Source: Halorarum halobium (GTDB taxonomy: Archaea; Halobacteriota; Halobacteria; Halobacteriales; Haloferacaceae). From it: 64,000 nucleotides of DNA. Positions 32,207 to 42,511 of the stretch are shown here, piece by piece (position 1 is the first letter of the stretch; every line of letters starts with the position of its first letter). Position numbers and translations under genes: made by a program. Location: NCBI RefSeq assembly GCF_032116555.1, contig NZ_CP134949.1, forward strand, positions 496,001-560,000, written 5' to 3'. The notes beneath the pieces were generated by a model. That model saw nothing but the letters and a program-made list of their open reading frames with translations, had not been told where the DNA came from and searched no databases.

Positions 32207-32695
32207 ATGGACACCGAGGGGACGCTGGCACCGGCGACGCCGGCCGAGGCGCGCGCGGAGTACGGATCGCTCGTGCCGGCCGCGAAGGTCGCCGTCCGCG
32301 AGGCGGCCAGGGCGATGGACTTCGACCGCGAGGAGTACCGCGACCGCGTCACCGGCGAGGTGATCGAGACCGTCCGGGACGCGCTGTTCGCGTCGCTGCT
32401 CCGGGTCCACGTCGGGACGGACGAGGAGTTCGACGAGTGGCTCGACGCGAACCCGGGGTACGGGTCGGACGTCGCCGGGAGCGAGAACGTCGAGCGCGTC
32501 GCCTGGCACCCGGTCCCGTTCGCGGGCGAGGGCGGCGTCGCCGTCGCCGCGACGTTTCAGGACGAGCGGGAGGCCGCGCTGGGGACGCTCCGCCGTCGAG
32601 CGTTCGGGGTGGTCTATCGGGAGCACGTCGCCGATTCAGACGACCACGACGACGCCGGCGTCGGCGACGACGAGGTCGACGACCCCGAGGCGTAA
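32207..32695 (+). CDS. Conserved haloarchaeal protein (DUF5809-like)
   Basis: DALFASLL, GSENVERVAWH, TLRRRAFG. Confidence 0.75.
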   Translation: MDTEGTLAPATPAEARAEYGSLVPAAKVAVREAARAMDFDREEYRDRVTGEVIETVRDALFASLLRVHVGTDEEFDEWLDANPGYGSDVAGSENVERVAWHPVPFAGEGGVAVAATFQDEREAALGTLRRRAFGVVYREHVADSDDHDDAGVGDDEVDDPEA

Positions 32696-32726
32696 TCGGT
32701 TTGCTGGGGGCCTCCCAAGCCGGGGT

Positions 32727-33110
32727 ATGCGACCCATCGCGCGGAACGGACTCCTCCTCCTGGTCGGCGTCGTCCTGGCGCTGCTGGCGCTCGGGGCGCT
32801 CCCGCAGTTTCTCGCCGCGGGCGACCCGTACTACCTGACCGTCGAGGGGGCCGAGGACGGCCCGACGCTCGAGGTGGACAACTTCTCGGCCCGGCAGTAC
32901 CCGTACCTGTTCGAGGCGCTTTCGAGCGACGACGGCCGGTCGTCGGCGTACCGGCGCGGACCGTGGGGCCTGAAGGAGCCGTTTACCAACTCGCCGTTCG
33001 ACGAGTTGCAGTCGCTCCTGGAGTTCGCGCCCGAGGGCGCGGCGACGGCCGAGGCCGCGTTCGTCGAGTACGAGGGGACCAGATACCGCGTGGCGGTGGT
33101 GCAGCCATGA
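32727..33110 (+). CDS. Hypothetical membrane-anchored protein
   Basis: N-terminal TM; stop overlaps next start (ATGA). Confidence 0.7.
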   Translation: MRPIARNGLLLLVGVVLALLALGALPQFLAAGDPYYLTVEGAEDGPTLEVDNFSARQYPYLFEALSSDDGRSSAYRRGPWGLKEPFTNSPFDELQSLLEFAPEGAATAEAAFVEYEGTRYRVAVVQP

Positions 33111-33709
33111 CCGACGGAACGGAGGAGGGTGCGGACGACGCGCCGGCGTTCGACGACGGTCGGCGACACGACTGGCCCGGCGAGCCCGAGTGGCCGGTCG
33201 TGGAGAGCGCGGTCGAGTACGAGACCGGCTGGGTGACCGCGGGCTACGATCTGGTCGAACAGCCGGACGGCACCCGGAAGCGCTACTACTGGGCGGAACT
33301 CCCGAGCGCGGTCGTGGTCGTCGCGCGGGCGGATGACCGGCTCCTGTTCGTCGAGCAGTACCGGCCGACGATCAGGCGGACGCAGCTCGAACTCCCGGCC
33401 GGCATCATCGAGGCGGGCGAGTCCGACACCGCCGCGGCCGAGCGCGAACTCCGGGAGGAGACGGGTTTCGCGGCGGGGAGTACGTCGCTGCTCCAGGAGG
33501 TCTGGTGCTGTACGGGGCTGTTGCGCCACCGCCGTGCGTTCGTGTTCGCCGAGGACCTGACGCCCGCCGAGCAGTCGCTCGACGAGAACGAGTTCCTGAC
33601 GCCCCGGTCGGTGCCGGTCGAGGAGGCGATCGACCTGGTTCGTGGCGGCTCGACGAACGACGCGACCGTCGAGGGGCTGTTGCTCGCCGAGGTCGAGGGC
33701 CTGCTCTGA
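33107..33709 (+). CDS. NUDIX hydrolase (ADP-ribose pyrophosphatase-like)
   Basis: EQYRP...LELPAGIIEAGESDTAAAERELREETG Nudix box. Confidence 0.92.
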   Translation: MTDGTEEGADDAPAFDDGRRHDWPGEPEWPVVESAVEYETGWVTAGYDLVEQPDGTRKRYYWAELPSAVVVVARADDRLLFVEQYRPTIRRTQLELPAGIIEAGESDTAAAERELREETGFAAGSTSLLQEVWCCTGLLRHRRAFVFAEDLTPAEQSLDENEFLTPRSVPVEEAIDLVRGGSTNDATVEGLLLAEVEGLL

Positions 33710-33819
33710 ACGGTGCTGGTTCGCCGTCGGCGCCCTCGTCGTCGGGCACGGTACGTCCCTCTATCGGCTGATCGGTGACGCGGATCGCTGCTTCCGGCGG
33801 TGATCGGGCCACAGTGTCG

Positions 33820-33892
33820 TTTCGCTCGGAGCACCCTCCTCGGAACTCACCCTCGCCACGCTCGCGTGAGCAGCCTCCTGTGCTCCTCGCGG
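33820..33892 (-). repeat. Repeat fragment R8
   Basis: Reverse complement matches 18011-18049 (GCGAGGGTGAGTTCCGAGGAG.GTGCTCCGAG); CAGCCTCCTGTGCTCCTCG identical to 46321-46339. Confidence 0.8.
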
Positions 33893-34002
33893 GCGTCGAC
33901 TCAACCCCATCAGGAGGGACGGGTCACGCGCGCAAAACGCCAAACAGCGCCGACCGCAGGAAATGCCCCGCGTGACCCGACCGTTCGGTCAACGCGAGAA
34001 CC

Positions 34003-35718
34003 CTATTCCTCGCGCCGAAGCCGCCGGACGACGAACTCCCGCTCCAGTTCGCCGAGGAACTCCCCGAGCCGCGGCCCCTGCGTCTCGTCGAAGAACAGCC
34101 GGTAGCCCGCCGCGAAGAAGTCCGACACCTCCACGTCGTGCCGGCGGGCGGTCTCGTGGATTTCGCCCTGGATCGCCTCGCCGTCGTGGCCCGCCGCGAC
34201 GAACTCCGCCAGGTCGTCCAGGGCCGCCTCGACGTCGGCGTCGAACTCGTGGTCGGGGAGGTCCGTCTGGAGTCGGTAGGCGTACTCGTTGTCGTTGCGC
34301 TCGGCCCAGCGACGGGCGCGCTCGACCCGTTCGAGCGCGTCGTCGATGGCCCACTCCGGGGTCTCGTCGGTGAAGTGTCCCTCGTCGCGTGCCAGTTTGA
34401 TCCTGAACTCGCGGTCCTCGACCATCCCGAGCACCGCCGCGAACGTGTACGGGAGGCGGACGCGTTCGGGGCGGACCTCGTCCACGACGAACGGGTACGC
34501 GCGCTCGGCGAGCGCCGTCAGGTCCTCGTCGGCGTCCGCCTCGCCGAAGGAGACGCGCTCGAACCGGTCGAACTCGTCGACGAGCAGGTCCAGCCGTTCG
34601 AGGTTCAGGTCCTTCGCCTTCTTCGGATTCCGGGCGAAGAAGTAGCGGAGCACCTCCGGCTCCACGAGGTCCAGCACCTCGCTCACGGTGACGACGTGGC
34701 CCTCCGAGGATGAGAGCGACTCCCCGTCGAGCGTGAACCATTCGTACACCATCGGCACCGGCGGTTCGTTCCCGAGCACGTTCCGGGCGACGTCGACCCC
34801 CGAGGGCCAGGAGCCCTCGGCGTGGTCCTTCCCGAACGGCTCGAAGTCGACGCCGAGCACCTGCCACTGGGCGGGCCACTCGAAGCGCCAGGGAAGCTTC
34901 CCGTCCCGGAACGACGCGGTCCCCTCGTGCCCGCAGCCCTCGATGTGTCGGCCGCCGGCCTCGATGCCCGAACAGCGGTAGTCGACGGTCCGCGCGTCGA
35001 GGTCGAACCCGAGGATGTCCTGGGTCAGCGTCCCGCACTCCCCACACTGGGCCATGAACGGCACGTAGTCCGCGTCGACCCCGTCCTGGTACTTCGCCAG
35101 CGTCTCGCGCGCCAGGTCGACGTTCCGGAGGACGTGCTCGAGGACGTCGTCGAACGCCCCCTCCTCGTACAGCTCGGTGTTGGAGACCATCTCCACTGGA
35201 ATCCCCAGCGCCTCGGCGTCGGCCGACAGCAGCGCCGCGAAGTGGGCGGCGTACGACTCGTGGCCGTCCTCGAACGGGTCCGGGATGTCGGTGTAGGGTT
35301 TCCCGAGGTTCTGCCCGAGCGCGCCGGCGTTCACGTCGCCGAGTTCGACGACGTTCCCGTCGGTGTCGGCGAGTTTCCGGGGGAGCTTCCGGAGCGCGTC
35401 CCGGTCGTCGCTGGTGAACACCTGCCGGACCTCGTGGCCCCGCTCGCGGAGCACTGCGGCGACGAAGTAGCCGCGGATGATCTCGTTGAAGTTCCCGATG
35501 TGGGCGATGCCGGACGGGGAGACGCCGCCCTTGATGACGATCGGTTCGTCGGGGTCACGGGCCTCGATCTCGTCTGCGACCTCGTCGGCCCAGAACGCCC
35601 GGTACTCGTCGTCACGCCCCTCACGGTCGCCGCCGCCGACCGCGTGCGGGTCGATGGACCCGTCCACGTCGCCGGCTTCCTCGCCTCCGGGCCCGCCGCC
35701 GTCCGCGTCGGCGCTCAT
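34003..35718 (-). CDS. lysS: Lysine--tRNA ligase, class I
   Basis: GVSPSGIAHIGNFNE, KLPWRFEWPAQW, EPFGKDH, QGPRLG. Confidence 0.96.
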   Translation of the reverse strand: MSADADGGGPGGEEAGDVDGSIDPHAVGGGDREGRDDEYRAFWADEVADEIEARDPDEPIVIKGGVSPSGIAHIGNFNEIIRGYFVAAVLRERGHEVRQVFTSDDRDALRKLPRKLADTDGNVVELGDVNAGALGQNLGKPYTDIPDPFEDGHESYAAHFAALLSADAEALGIPVEMVSNTELYEEGAFDDVLEHVLRNVDLARETLAKYQDGVDADYVPFMAQCGECGTLTQDILGFDLDARTVDYRCSGIEAGGRHIEGCGHEGTASFRDGKLPWRFEWPAQWQVLGVDFEPFGKDHAEGSWPSGVDVARNVLGNEPPVPMVYEWFTLDGESLSSSEGHVVTVSEVLDLVEPEVLRYFFARNPKKAKDLNLERLDLLVDEFDRFERVSFGEADADEDLTALAERAYPFVVDEVRPERVRLPYTFAAVLGMVEDREFRIKLARDEGHFTDETPEWAIDDALERVERARRWAERNDNEYAYRLQTDLPDHEFDADVEAALDDLAEFVAAGHDGEAIQGEIHETARRHDVEVSDFFAAGYRLFFDETQGPRLGEFLGELEREFVVRRLRREE

Positions 35719-36431
35719 CGCTGCGCCCAGTACGTCGGCTCCTCGCCGCCCGTCGGGACGATGTCGGTGCCGGTGTGCTCGCCGCGGAGCACCGCGTCCT
35801 CGACGGCCGCGGGGTCGTGTCCGTCGAGCACGACCGTCCGCATGCCGGAGCGTTCGATGAGTTTCGCCGCGAGCAGGTCGACCGGCGCGGACGCGCCGGC
35901 GTCGCGGCTCATCGGCGCGATGATGTCGACCAGTTCCGCCGGGGTGAGTTCGCCGTACTGCTCGGCGTCGTCGACCTCGTTCGGGTCGGCGTCGTAGATG
36001 CCGTCCGCCCCGGTGGCGTACACGAGCAGGTCGGCGTCGACGTACTCCGCGAGCGCGGCGGCGACGGCGTCGGTCGTCTGGCCGGGCATGACCCCGCCCA
36101 TGACCGAGATGTCGCCGCGGCGGATGGCGTCGCCGGCCTCGTCGTAGTTGTGGGCCGGGGTCGGGTCGACCATCTGGCCCAGTGCGGCGATGAGCAGGCG
36201 GGCGTTGATGCGGGTGACGTCGATGCCGAACTGGTCGAGCTGGACCTCGTTGGCGCCGAGCTCGCGGGCGGCACCGATGTAGTCCCGGGCGGTCCCGCCG
36301 CCGCCGACGACCGTGCCGAGCTCGCAGCCCTCGTCCGCGAGGCGTTCGATGGCGGCGGCGTGGCCCGACACCCGCTCCGGGTCGAGTTCGGGCGCGAGCA
36401 CGCTCCCGCCCAGCGAAATGACGACTCTCAT
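35715..36431 (-). CDS. pyrH: UMP kinase
   Basis: VVISLGGSVL, VVGGGGTARDYI, PGQTTDAVAA, DGIYDADP. Confidence 0.96.
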   Translation of the reverse strand: MRVVISLGGSVLAPELDPERVSGHAAAIERLADEGCELGTVVGGGGTARDYIGAARELGANEVQLDQFGIDVTRINARLLIAALGQMVDPTPAHNYDEAGDAIRRGDISVMGGVMPGQTTDAVAAALAEYVDADLLVYATGADGIYDADPNEVDDAEQYGELTPAELVDIIAPMSRDAGASAPVDLLAAKLIERSGMRTVVLDGHDPAAVEDAVLRGEHTGTDIVPTGGEEPTYWAQR

Positions 36432-36539
36432 TGCAACGGCGTTGCCGCGATTCGCTCTTAAGGCTCCCGGACTGGTCGTTCCGCGGGTCGCGCTGGCGGG
36501 GACGTCCTTCCCGGTTTCGAACGACCAAACGACCGGATG

Positions 36540-36762
36540 GCGCGCGGCGGCCGCCCCTCGTGGGCGGCCGACTCGCGCGAGGGATAGAGTGAGGGGAGCG
36601 ACCGAAGGGAGCGCCGAGCGAATCGGCTGGGGAGGCGTGTGGCCGTGCCGTGCGGAGCGGGTGCGGTGGGTGGGACTGAAAGGGGCCGCGGGGGCTTTCG
36701 ATGGGCCGAAGCGACGACCGAACCAACGCTCGAACCGAGAGCAGCCGGGGCTTTCGAGGCAG
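36540..36762 (+). repeat. Modular intergenic repeat, copy R9
   Basis: GCGCGGCGGCCGCCCCTCGTGGGCG shared with R7; core at 36668-36688; two GGGGCTTTCG termini. Confidence 0.88.
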
Positions 36763-36863
36763 ACACCATACTCTCAGTCGATCACACGATCGCCCCGACT
36801 CAACGAACACGAACCACCGAGACTGGCCGAAGGTCTAAGCCGCTCGCACGCCCCCACTCTCCC

Positions 36864-37643
36864 ATGCAGGCACTGAGCATCGTCGGCCCGGACGCCCACG
36901 CCGTGCTCGACTCGCTCGCGGCCCGCCTCGACGGCCGCGTGGCGACGGTCCGGCGGGCCTACGTCGAGGCGGAACTCGGCCCAGAGGACGCCGATTTCCG
37001 GGTCGACGAGGACGGGTCGTGGCGCGGGACCGGCCGGGGGGAGTCCGTCGACGCCGTCCTCGACCGGCTCGCGCCGGAGTTCGACTACGCGCTCGTGGCC
37101 GGCTACTCGCGGCTGCGGCTCCCGACGGTCGTCATCGGCGAGGAGTCCGTCCCCGGTGACGTCGTGGCGCGCCACGGGGACGTGGGCGACCTCGATCTCG
37201 ACGCGCTGGCGACCCGGATCGACGACGTCCAGCCACACGTCACCCTGGAGACGCTCGTTCGGGCGGTCAACGCCCACGAGGACGCCGAGCGCTCGGGGGC
37301 CGTCGCCACCTTCACCGGGCGCGTCCGCGCGAAGGACTCGCCCGACGACGACCGGACGACGCACCTCGCGTTCGAGAAGTACGACGGCGTCGCCGAGGAA
37401 CGGCTCGAACGGATCGAACGGGAACTCGAAGCGCGCGATGGCGTGTTCGCGGTTCGAACCCACCATCGCGTCGGCGTCGTCGAGGACGGCGAGGACATCG
37501 TCTTCGTCGTCGTGCTGGCCGGCCACCGGGCCGAGGCGTTCCGGACCGTCGAGGACGGCATCGACCGCCTCAAGGACGAGGTTCCCATCTTCAAGAAGGA
37601 GACGACCACCGACGAGGAGTTCTGGGTCCACGACCGCGCGTGA
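36864..37643 (+). CDS. moaE: Molybdopterin synthase catalytic subunit (degenerate MobB-like N-terminus + MoaE)
   Basis: GAVATFTGRVR, HHRVG, HRAEAF, LKDEVPIFKKE. Confidence 0.9.
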   Translation: MQALSIVGPDAHAVLDSLAARLDGRVATVRRAYVEAELGPEDADFRVDEDGSWRGTGRGESVDAVLDRLAPEFDYALVAGYSRLRLPTVVIGEESVPGDVVARHGDVGDLDLDALATRIDDVQPHVTLETLVRAVNAHEDAERSGAVATFTGRVRAKDSPDDDRTTHLAFEKYDGVAEERLERIERELEARDGVFAVRTHHRVGVVEDGEDIVFVVVLAGHRAEAFRTVEDGIDRLKDEVPIFKKETTTDEEFWVHDRA

Positions 37644-37909
37644 GTCACGTTCGGTCCCCGCGACGGCCGGATATGGGCCAATATTGCCTGATTACGCGCC
37701 CGTCAGCCCGGCGTCAGACGGCGGCTCTTCAGGAGAAAACGAACGGTTCTAACACGGCTATAAAACATCTAACCGTCTCCTGAACCGTCGTGAACGGTTT
37801 CGTTTCCCCCGTTTCACGCGGCGCCTGACATGAACGGAGTCGAATTACCGGTAACGGACGCGCCCTTATACCATCCCCTGGGCAGTAGGCAGGAACGAGG
37901 TGACACAGG

Positions 37910-38167
37910 ATGAGCGCAACTGCAAACCCCTCCACCGAACCTGACGTCGATAGCCCCTCCAAGGAAGAGCGCCTCAAGGGCTTCCTGCTCTCGAAGGCCC
38001 AGGATGGCGAGCTCTACTTCAAGAGCAAGTTCATCGCCGAGGAAGTCGGGCTCTCCCCGAAGGAGATCGGCGCACTCATGGTGAAACTCAAGGACTCCGC
38101 CTCGGAGCTCACCATCGAGAAGTGGTCGTACACGAGCGCGACCACGTGGCGCATCGAACCGGCATAA
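37910..38167 (+). CDS. Small haloarchaeal winged-helix-like protein
   Basis: YFKSKFIAEEVGLSPKEIG...IEKWSYTSATTWR; GAGGTG ribosome-binding site upstream. Confidence 0.8.
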   Translation: MSATANPSTEPDVDSPSKEERLKGFLLSKAQDGELYFKSKFIAEEVGLSPKEIGALMVKLKDSASELTIEKWSYTSATTWRIEPA

Positions 38168-38345
38168 CGAACCGACCCGACGACCGATCGACCGGCGGAT
38201 CGAATCGGCGCACAGTTCGCTCACGCGTGGTCCCCGCACGCGTCGAACGACCGGCCCCTCGCGGCCTCGTCCCCCGCTTTCCTCCGGTTCCCATCGTCGA
38301 TAGCGCCGGGGAGGACTTATCCATCCGTGGACCGAACGCTCGCCA

Positions 38346-39482
38346 ATGAGCGAAGCGGTCCCGGGGGACGTCCCCCGGCCCCCGGAACTGAACGCCGTCT
38401 TCCACCTCTCCGAGGTGCGGACCGACGGCGAGCGCGTCCTCTACTACGGCGTCAGCGACGTGGGCGAGGACGCGCTCGTCGAACGGATCTGGCCGGCGTT
38501 CCGCGAGCGAGGGTACGAGGTCCAGGTCGTCCAGACGGACCGCGGACTCGACGTCGTCGTCGCCCGGCCCTACTCGACCGGCGTCGACGGGGTCCCGTGG
38601 ACCAACGTCGTCCTGTTCTGTGCGACCCTGCTCTCGACCCTGCTCGTGGGCGCGACCGCGTGGTACTACATCCCCTTCTCGGCGATCCGCGAGAACCCGC
38701 TCGTCGCGCTCCAGGCGTGGCCGTTCACCGCGGCGGTGCTCGGGGTGCTGTTGACCCACGAACTCGGCCACTACGTCATGGGCCGGTACCACGACGTGGA
38801 CGTGTCGCTCCCGTACGTCATCCCCTTCATCCTCCCGTTCGGGACGATGGGCGCGATCATCCGGATGCGCGGGCAGATGCCCGACCGGAAGGCGCTGTTC
38901 GACATCGGCGTCGCGGGGCCGCTCGCGGGGCTCGGGGCGACGGTCGTCGTCACGGTCGTCGGCCTCCTGCTCGGCCCGTTCCAGGTCCCGGCTGAAATCG
39001 TCCAGCAGGGCGGGCGCGTCATCGTGTTCAACAACCCGCCGTTGCTCGATCTCATCGCGGGCGCGATCGGCCAGCCGACCGGCTACGCCGACCCGAGCCG
39101 GACGGCCCACCCGGTGATCATGGGCGCCTGGGTCGGGATGTTCTTCACCGTGTTGAACCTCCTCCCGGTCGGTCAGCTCGACGGCGGACACGTCGTCCGC
39201 GCGATGGTGGGCGAGCGCCAGGAGACGGTCGCCTCGCTCGTCCCCCTCGCCCTGTTCGGCGTCTCGGCGTACCTCTACTACGTCCGCGACCTCGGGCTCA
39301 ACGAGTCGGTCGGCCTCTGGGCGTTCTGGGGGCTCTTCTCCGCGTTCATCGCCTACCGCGGCCCGGCGAACCCCATCGACGACTCGTCGCTCGACGGGAA
39401 ACGGATGGCCGTCGGCGTGGTGACGTTCGCGCTCGGCCTGCTGTGTTTCATGCTGGTTCCGATCCGCGTCGTGACGCTGTGA
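38346..39482 (+). CDS. Site-2 protease (M50)
   Basis: HELGH, GVAGPLAG, NLLPVGQLDGGH. Confidence 0.92.
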   Translation: MSEAVPGDVPRPPELNAVFHLSEVRTDGERVLYYGVSDVGEDALVERIWPAFRERGYEVQVVQTDRGLDVVVARPYSTGVDGVPWTNVVLFCATLLSTLLVGATAWYYIPFSAIRENPLVALQAWPFTAAVLGVLLTHELGHYVMGRYHDVDVSLPYVIPFILPFGTMGAIIRMRGQMPDRKALFDIGVAGPLAGLGATVVVTVVGLLLGPFQVPAEIVQQGGRVIVFNNPPLLDLIAGAIGQPTGYADPSRTAHPVIMGAWVGMFFTVLNLLPVGQLDGGHVVRAMVGERQETVASLVPLALFGVSAYLYYVRDLGLNESVGLWAFWGLFSAFIAYRGPANPIDDSSLDGKRMAVGVVTFALGLLCFMLVPIRVVTL

Positions 39483-39514
39483 TCGGGCCGCCAGCCGCCC
39501 CGGCCGACCTCCGT

Positions 39515-39639
39515 ACTGATCCATTCCGGACCTGACTCGTCCCGGACTGATCCATTCCGGACCTGACTCGTCCCGGACTGATCCATTCCGGACCTGACTC
39601 GTCCCGGACTGATCCGTCCCGGACCCGACCCGTCCCGAC
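39515..39639. repeat. 31-bp tandem repeat, 3 exact + 1 degenerate units
   Basis: ACTGATCCATTCCGGACCTGACTCGTCCCGG at 39515, 39546, 39577; decayed unit at 39608. Confidence 0.95.
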
Positions 39640-40509
39640 TCAGTGACTGTATCCGCGGTCCGGCAGCGGCTCACCGTCCATCTCGACGCCCGACCCGGTC
39701 ACGGTCCCGATGCGCGTGAGCGCCGTCGGCGACGCCGCGCGCGCCGCCTCGACGTCGCGCTCGGGAACCGTGCAGACGAGTTCGAAGTCCTCGCCGAAGA
39801 ACAGCGCCAGTTCGCGCTCGTCGGCGTCGTCACCGGCGACCTCCGTCACGGCCGGGTGAATCGGAACGGCGGCGTCCTCGACAGCGAAGCCGCAGTCGCT
39901 CGCGGCCGAGAGCTGGTGTAACGAGCGCGCGAGTCCGTCGCTCGAATCCATCATCGCGGTCGCGTATCGCCCGACCGCGCCCCCGGCGGCGACGCGGGGG
40001 GTGAACCGGAACAGCTCGTTTCCGCGGTCGACGTCGCCCCGGTCGAACCGCCGGACGGCGGCCGCGGTCCGGCCGAACGACCCGGTGACACAGACGGCCT
40101 CGCCGGGGTTGGCCCCCGAGCGCGGAACCGGGTCGTCGGTGACGCCGACGGCGGTCGTGGCCACGGTGAACTCGTCGGTCCTGTCGAGGTCGCCCCCGAC
40201 GTACTCGCCGCCGACCGCCTCGCAGACGTCGCGCGCGCCGCGGACGTACGCGAGCAGTTCCTCGTCGTCGAGCGTCGGCGCGGCGTAGGCCGCGACGGCA
40301 GCCTCGGCGCTCGCGCCCATCGCCGCCACGTCCGAGAGCGAGGCCCCGACCGAGCGCCACCCGGCGGTGTAGCGGGTGACGCCGGGCGGGAAGTCCGTCG
40401 TCTCGTGGAGCATGTCCGTCGTGAGCACGCGGTCGCCCACGACGGCACAGTCGTCGCCGACGCCGGGGAGTTCCCCGGCGAGCAGCGAGAGCGCCTCGCG
40501 TTCGTCCAT
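39640..40509 (-). CDS. thiL: Thiamine-monophosphate kinase
   Basis: GDDCAV, TTDML...DF, SLSDVAAMGA, GGDLD, MDSSDGL, GEDFEL. Confidence 0.95.
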   Translation of the reverse strand: MDEREALSLLAGELPGVGDDCAVVGDRVLTTDMLHETTDFPPGVTRYTAGWRSVGASLSDVAAMGASAEAAVAAYAAPTLDDEELLAYVRGARDVCEAVGGEYVGGDLDRTDEFTVATTAVGVTDDPVPRSGANPGEAVCVTGSFGRTAAAVRRFDRGDVDRGNELFRFTPRVAAGGAVGRYATAMMDSSDGLARSLHQLSAASDCGFAVEDAAVPIHPAVTEVAGDDADERELALFFGEDFELVCTVPERDVEAARAASPTALTRIGTVTGSGVEMDGEPLPDRGYSH

Positions 40510-40643
40510 CGACGGAGTGTCGGTGTGGCCGGCCCGAAACGCTTTCGACGTGGGCCGGTCTGACCGCCCCGGATCGGGCCGCCACCGCCCCGCCGCCCGA
40601 ATCTTTCGACGGCTTGATACCGCGCCCCGCCGGACTCGGGGGC

Positions 40644-41672
40644 ATGGATCGGGACCAGCTTCGGGCCACCGTCCTCGGGTTCGGCGGCGCGATCGCCGTC
40701 CTGTCCGTGTTGCTCTACTTCGTCGGCGTCGACGAACTGGTGGCCGAACTGTCCCGCGCCGACAGCTCGACGGTGCTGCTCGTCGTCGGCGTGACGCTCG
40801 CCTGGCTGCTGGCCTGGGCGATCGCGCTCAAGACCGTCCTCGGGGTCCTCGGCGTCTCAGTCTCGCTTCCCCGGTCGTTTCTGGTGTTCAACGGGGCGAT
40901 GTTCTCGAACAACGTCACGCCGTTCGGGCAGGCGGGCGGCGAGCCGGTCGCGGCGCTGCTCATCTCGAAGATGGCCGACACCGAGTACGAGAAGGGGCTC
41001 GCCGCCATCGCCAGCGTCGACACGCTGAACTTCGTCCCGTCGGTCTCGCTGGCGCTGATCGGGGCGGCCTACTTCGCCACCGAGACGACGTTCGGCACGC
41101 GATTACAGCTCGCCACCGGCGCGGTCGTCCTCCTCGCGGTCGCCGTCCCCGGCGCGGTGTACGTCGGGTGGAAGTACCGCTACAGCCTGGAGAACCGGGT
41201 CGTCTCCGGGCTCACGCCGCTCATCCGGTGGATCACCGACCGGATCCCGGGCGTCCCGGTCCCGACCCCGGCGTCGCTCGAGTCCCGGATCGGCCACTTC
41301 TTCGGCGCGATCGAGCGCGTCGCGACCGACAGGCGGGCCATCGCGGTCTCGCTGGCCGCCTCGACGCTCGGCTGGGGGTTACAGATGTCCGGGCTCTGGC
41401 TCGCGTTCGTGGCCATCGGCGAGTCCATCCCGTTCTCGGCGGTGCTGTTCGTGGTGCCGATGGGCGCGATGGCCGGAATCACGCCCCTCCCGGGCGGGAC
41501 GGGCGGCATCGAGGCGGTGCTCGTGGCCGTGCTCGCGGCGCTTCCGGGGGTCACCATCGGCGTGGAGACCGCGCTCGCGGCCGTGGTCATCTACCGCGGC
41601 GCGGTGTACTGGGTGCCCGTGCTCGTCGGCGGGACGGTCGTGAGCGTCGTCGGCGCGGACAGCTTCGGCTGA
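40644..41672 (+). CDS. Flippase-like membrane protein (lysylphosphatidylglycerol synthase TM / UPF0104)
   Basis: NNVTPFGQAGGEP, PLPGGTGGIE, IYRGAVYW. Confidence 0.88.
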   Translation: MDRDQLRATVLGFGGAIAVLSVLLYFVGVDELVAELSRADSSTVLLVVGVTLAWLLAWAIALKTVLGVLGVSVSLPRSFLVFNGAMFSNNVTPFGQAGGEPVAALLISKMADTEYEKGLAAIASVDTLNFVPSVSLALIGAAYFATETTFGTRLQLATGAVVLLAVAVPGAVYVGWKYRYSLENRVVSGLTPLIRWITDRIPGVPVPTPASLESRIGHFFGAIERVATDRRAIAVSLAASTLGWGLQMSGLWLAFVAIGESIPFSAVLFVVPMGAMAGITPLPGGTGGIEAVLVAVLAALPGVTIGVETALAAVVIYRGAVYWVPVLVGGTVVSVVGADSFG

Positions 41673-41762
41673 GCAGTACCGATGGAACCGCCGGACGACG
41701 GTCGTTGCTGGCCGGCCGGTACGGGCCGTGTGGCCGACCACGAGCGGCGGAGATACGACGAG

Positions 41763-41768
41763 TTTAAA
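41763..41768 (+). promoter_or_regulatory. TATA box of rps19e
   Basis: TTTAAA 25-30 nt upstream of ATG 41793. Confidence 0.65.
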
Positions 41769-41792
41769 CGGCGGGACACTGAATTCGGCCGT

Positions 41793-42248
41793 ATGGTCAC
41801 TCTCTACGACGTCCCGGCGGCGGACCTCATCGAGGAGGTCGCCGACCGGCTCGAGGAACGCATCGAGGAGCCGGAGTGGGCCGGCTTCACGAAGACGGGT
41901 CCGAACCGCGAATTGCCGCCCCAGCAGGACGACTTCTGGTTCGTCCGCACGGCCTCGCTGCTCCGCAAGGTCGCGGACAACGGCCCCATCGGCGTCGAGC
42001 GCCTGGCGACCGAGTACGGCGGCTCGAAGGCCGGTACGAACCGCTACCGCGTCTCCCCGTCCGAGCACTCGGCCGGCTCGAAGAAGATCATCCGGGTGGC
42101 GCTCCAGCAGCTCGAGGAGGAGGGGTTCGTCGAGACCGCGAAGGGCGAAGGGCGACGGATCACCGACGACGGGACGGCGTTCCTCGACGAGGCCGCCGGC
42201 GACGTGCTCGAGGAGCTCGATCGGCCGGAACTGGAACGCTACGCGTAA
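41793..42248 (+). CDS. rps19e: 30S ribosomal protein S19e
   Basis: PEWAGFTKTG, FWFVRTASLLRKV, ALQQLE...GRRIT. Confidence 0.96.
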   Translation: MVTLYDVPAADLIEEVADRLEERIEEPEWAGFTKTGPNRELPPQQDDFWFVRTASLLRKVADNGPIGVERLATEYGGSKAGTNRYRVSPSEHSAGSKKIIRVALQQLEEEGFVETAKGEGRRITDDGTAFLDEAAGDVLEELDRPELERYA

Positions 42249-42511
42249 CGTTTCCCCTGTTGTGGCGTGTGGTTTTCGAACGTGATCGGTGAGCGACCGG
42301 TATCGTTTCCAGTTGCTAGCGGGGTCGGTGGCCGTGTGTCCGGCTGGGGCAGCAATCGTCGGGGAGTCTCCTGATCGGTGACCTCGAGCGCCGCGGGGGC
42401 GCTCCGGAACTGCGTCAGACCGACCGACTCGACGACCGAGTCGGCCACCGCCGTTCCCCACTCCGTCGGTTACGTACCGACCTCGGGGACGGATCCGGCC
42501 GAATCGATCAC

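Noticed and set aside
39515..39639. Possible CRISPR array
   Set aside because: Units are contiguous with no spacers, and there are no cas genes
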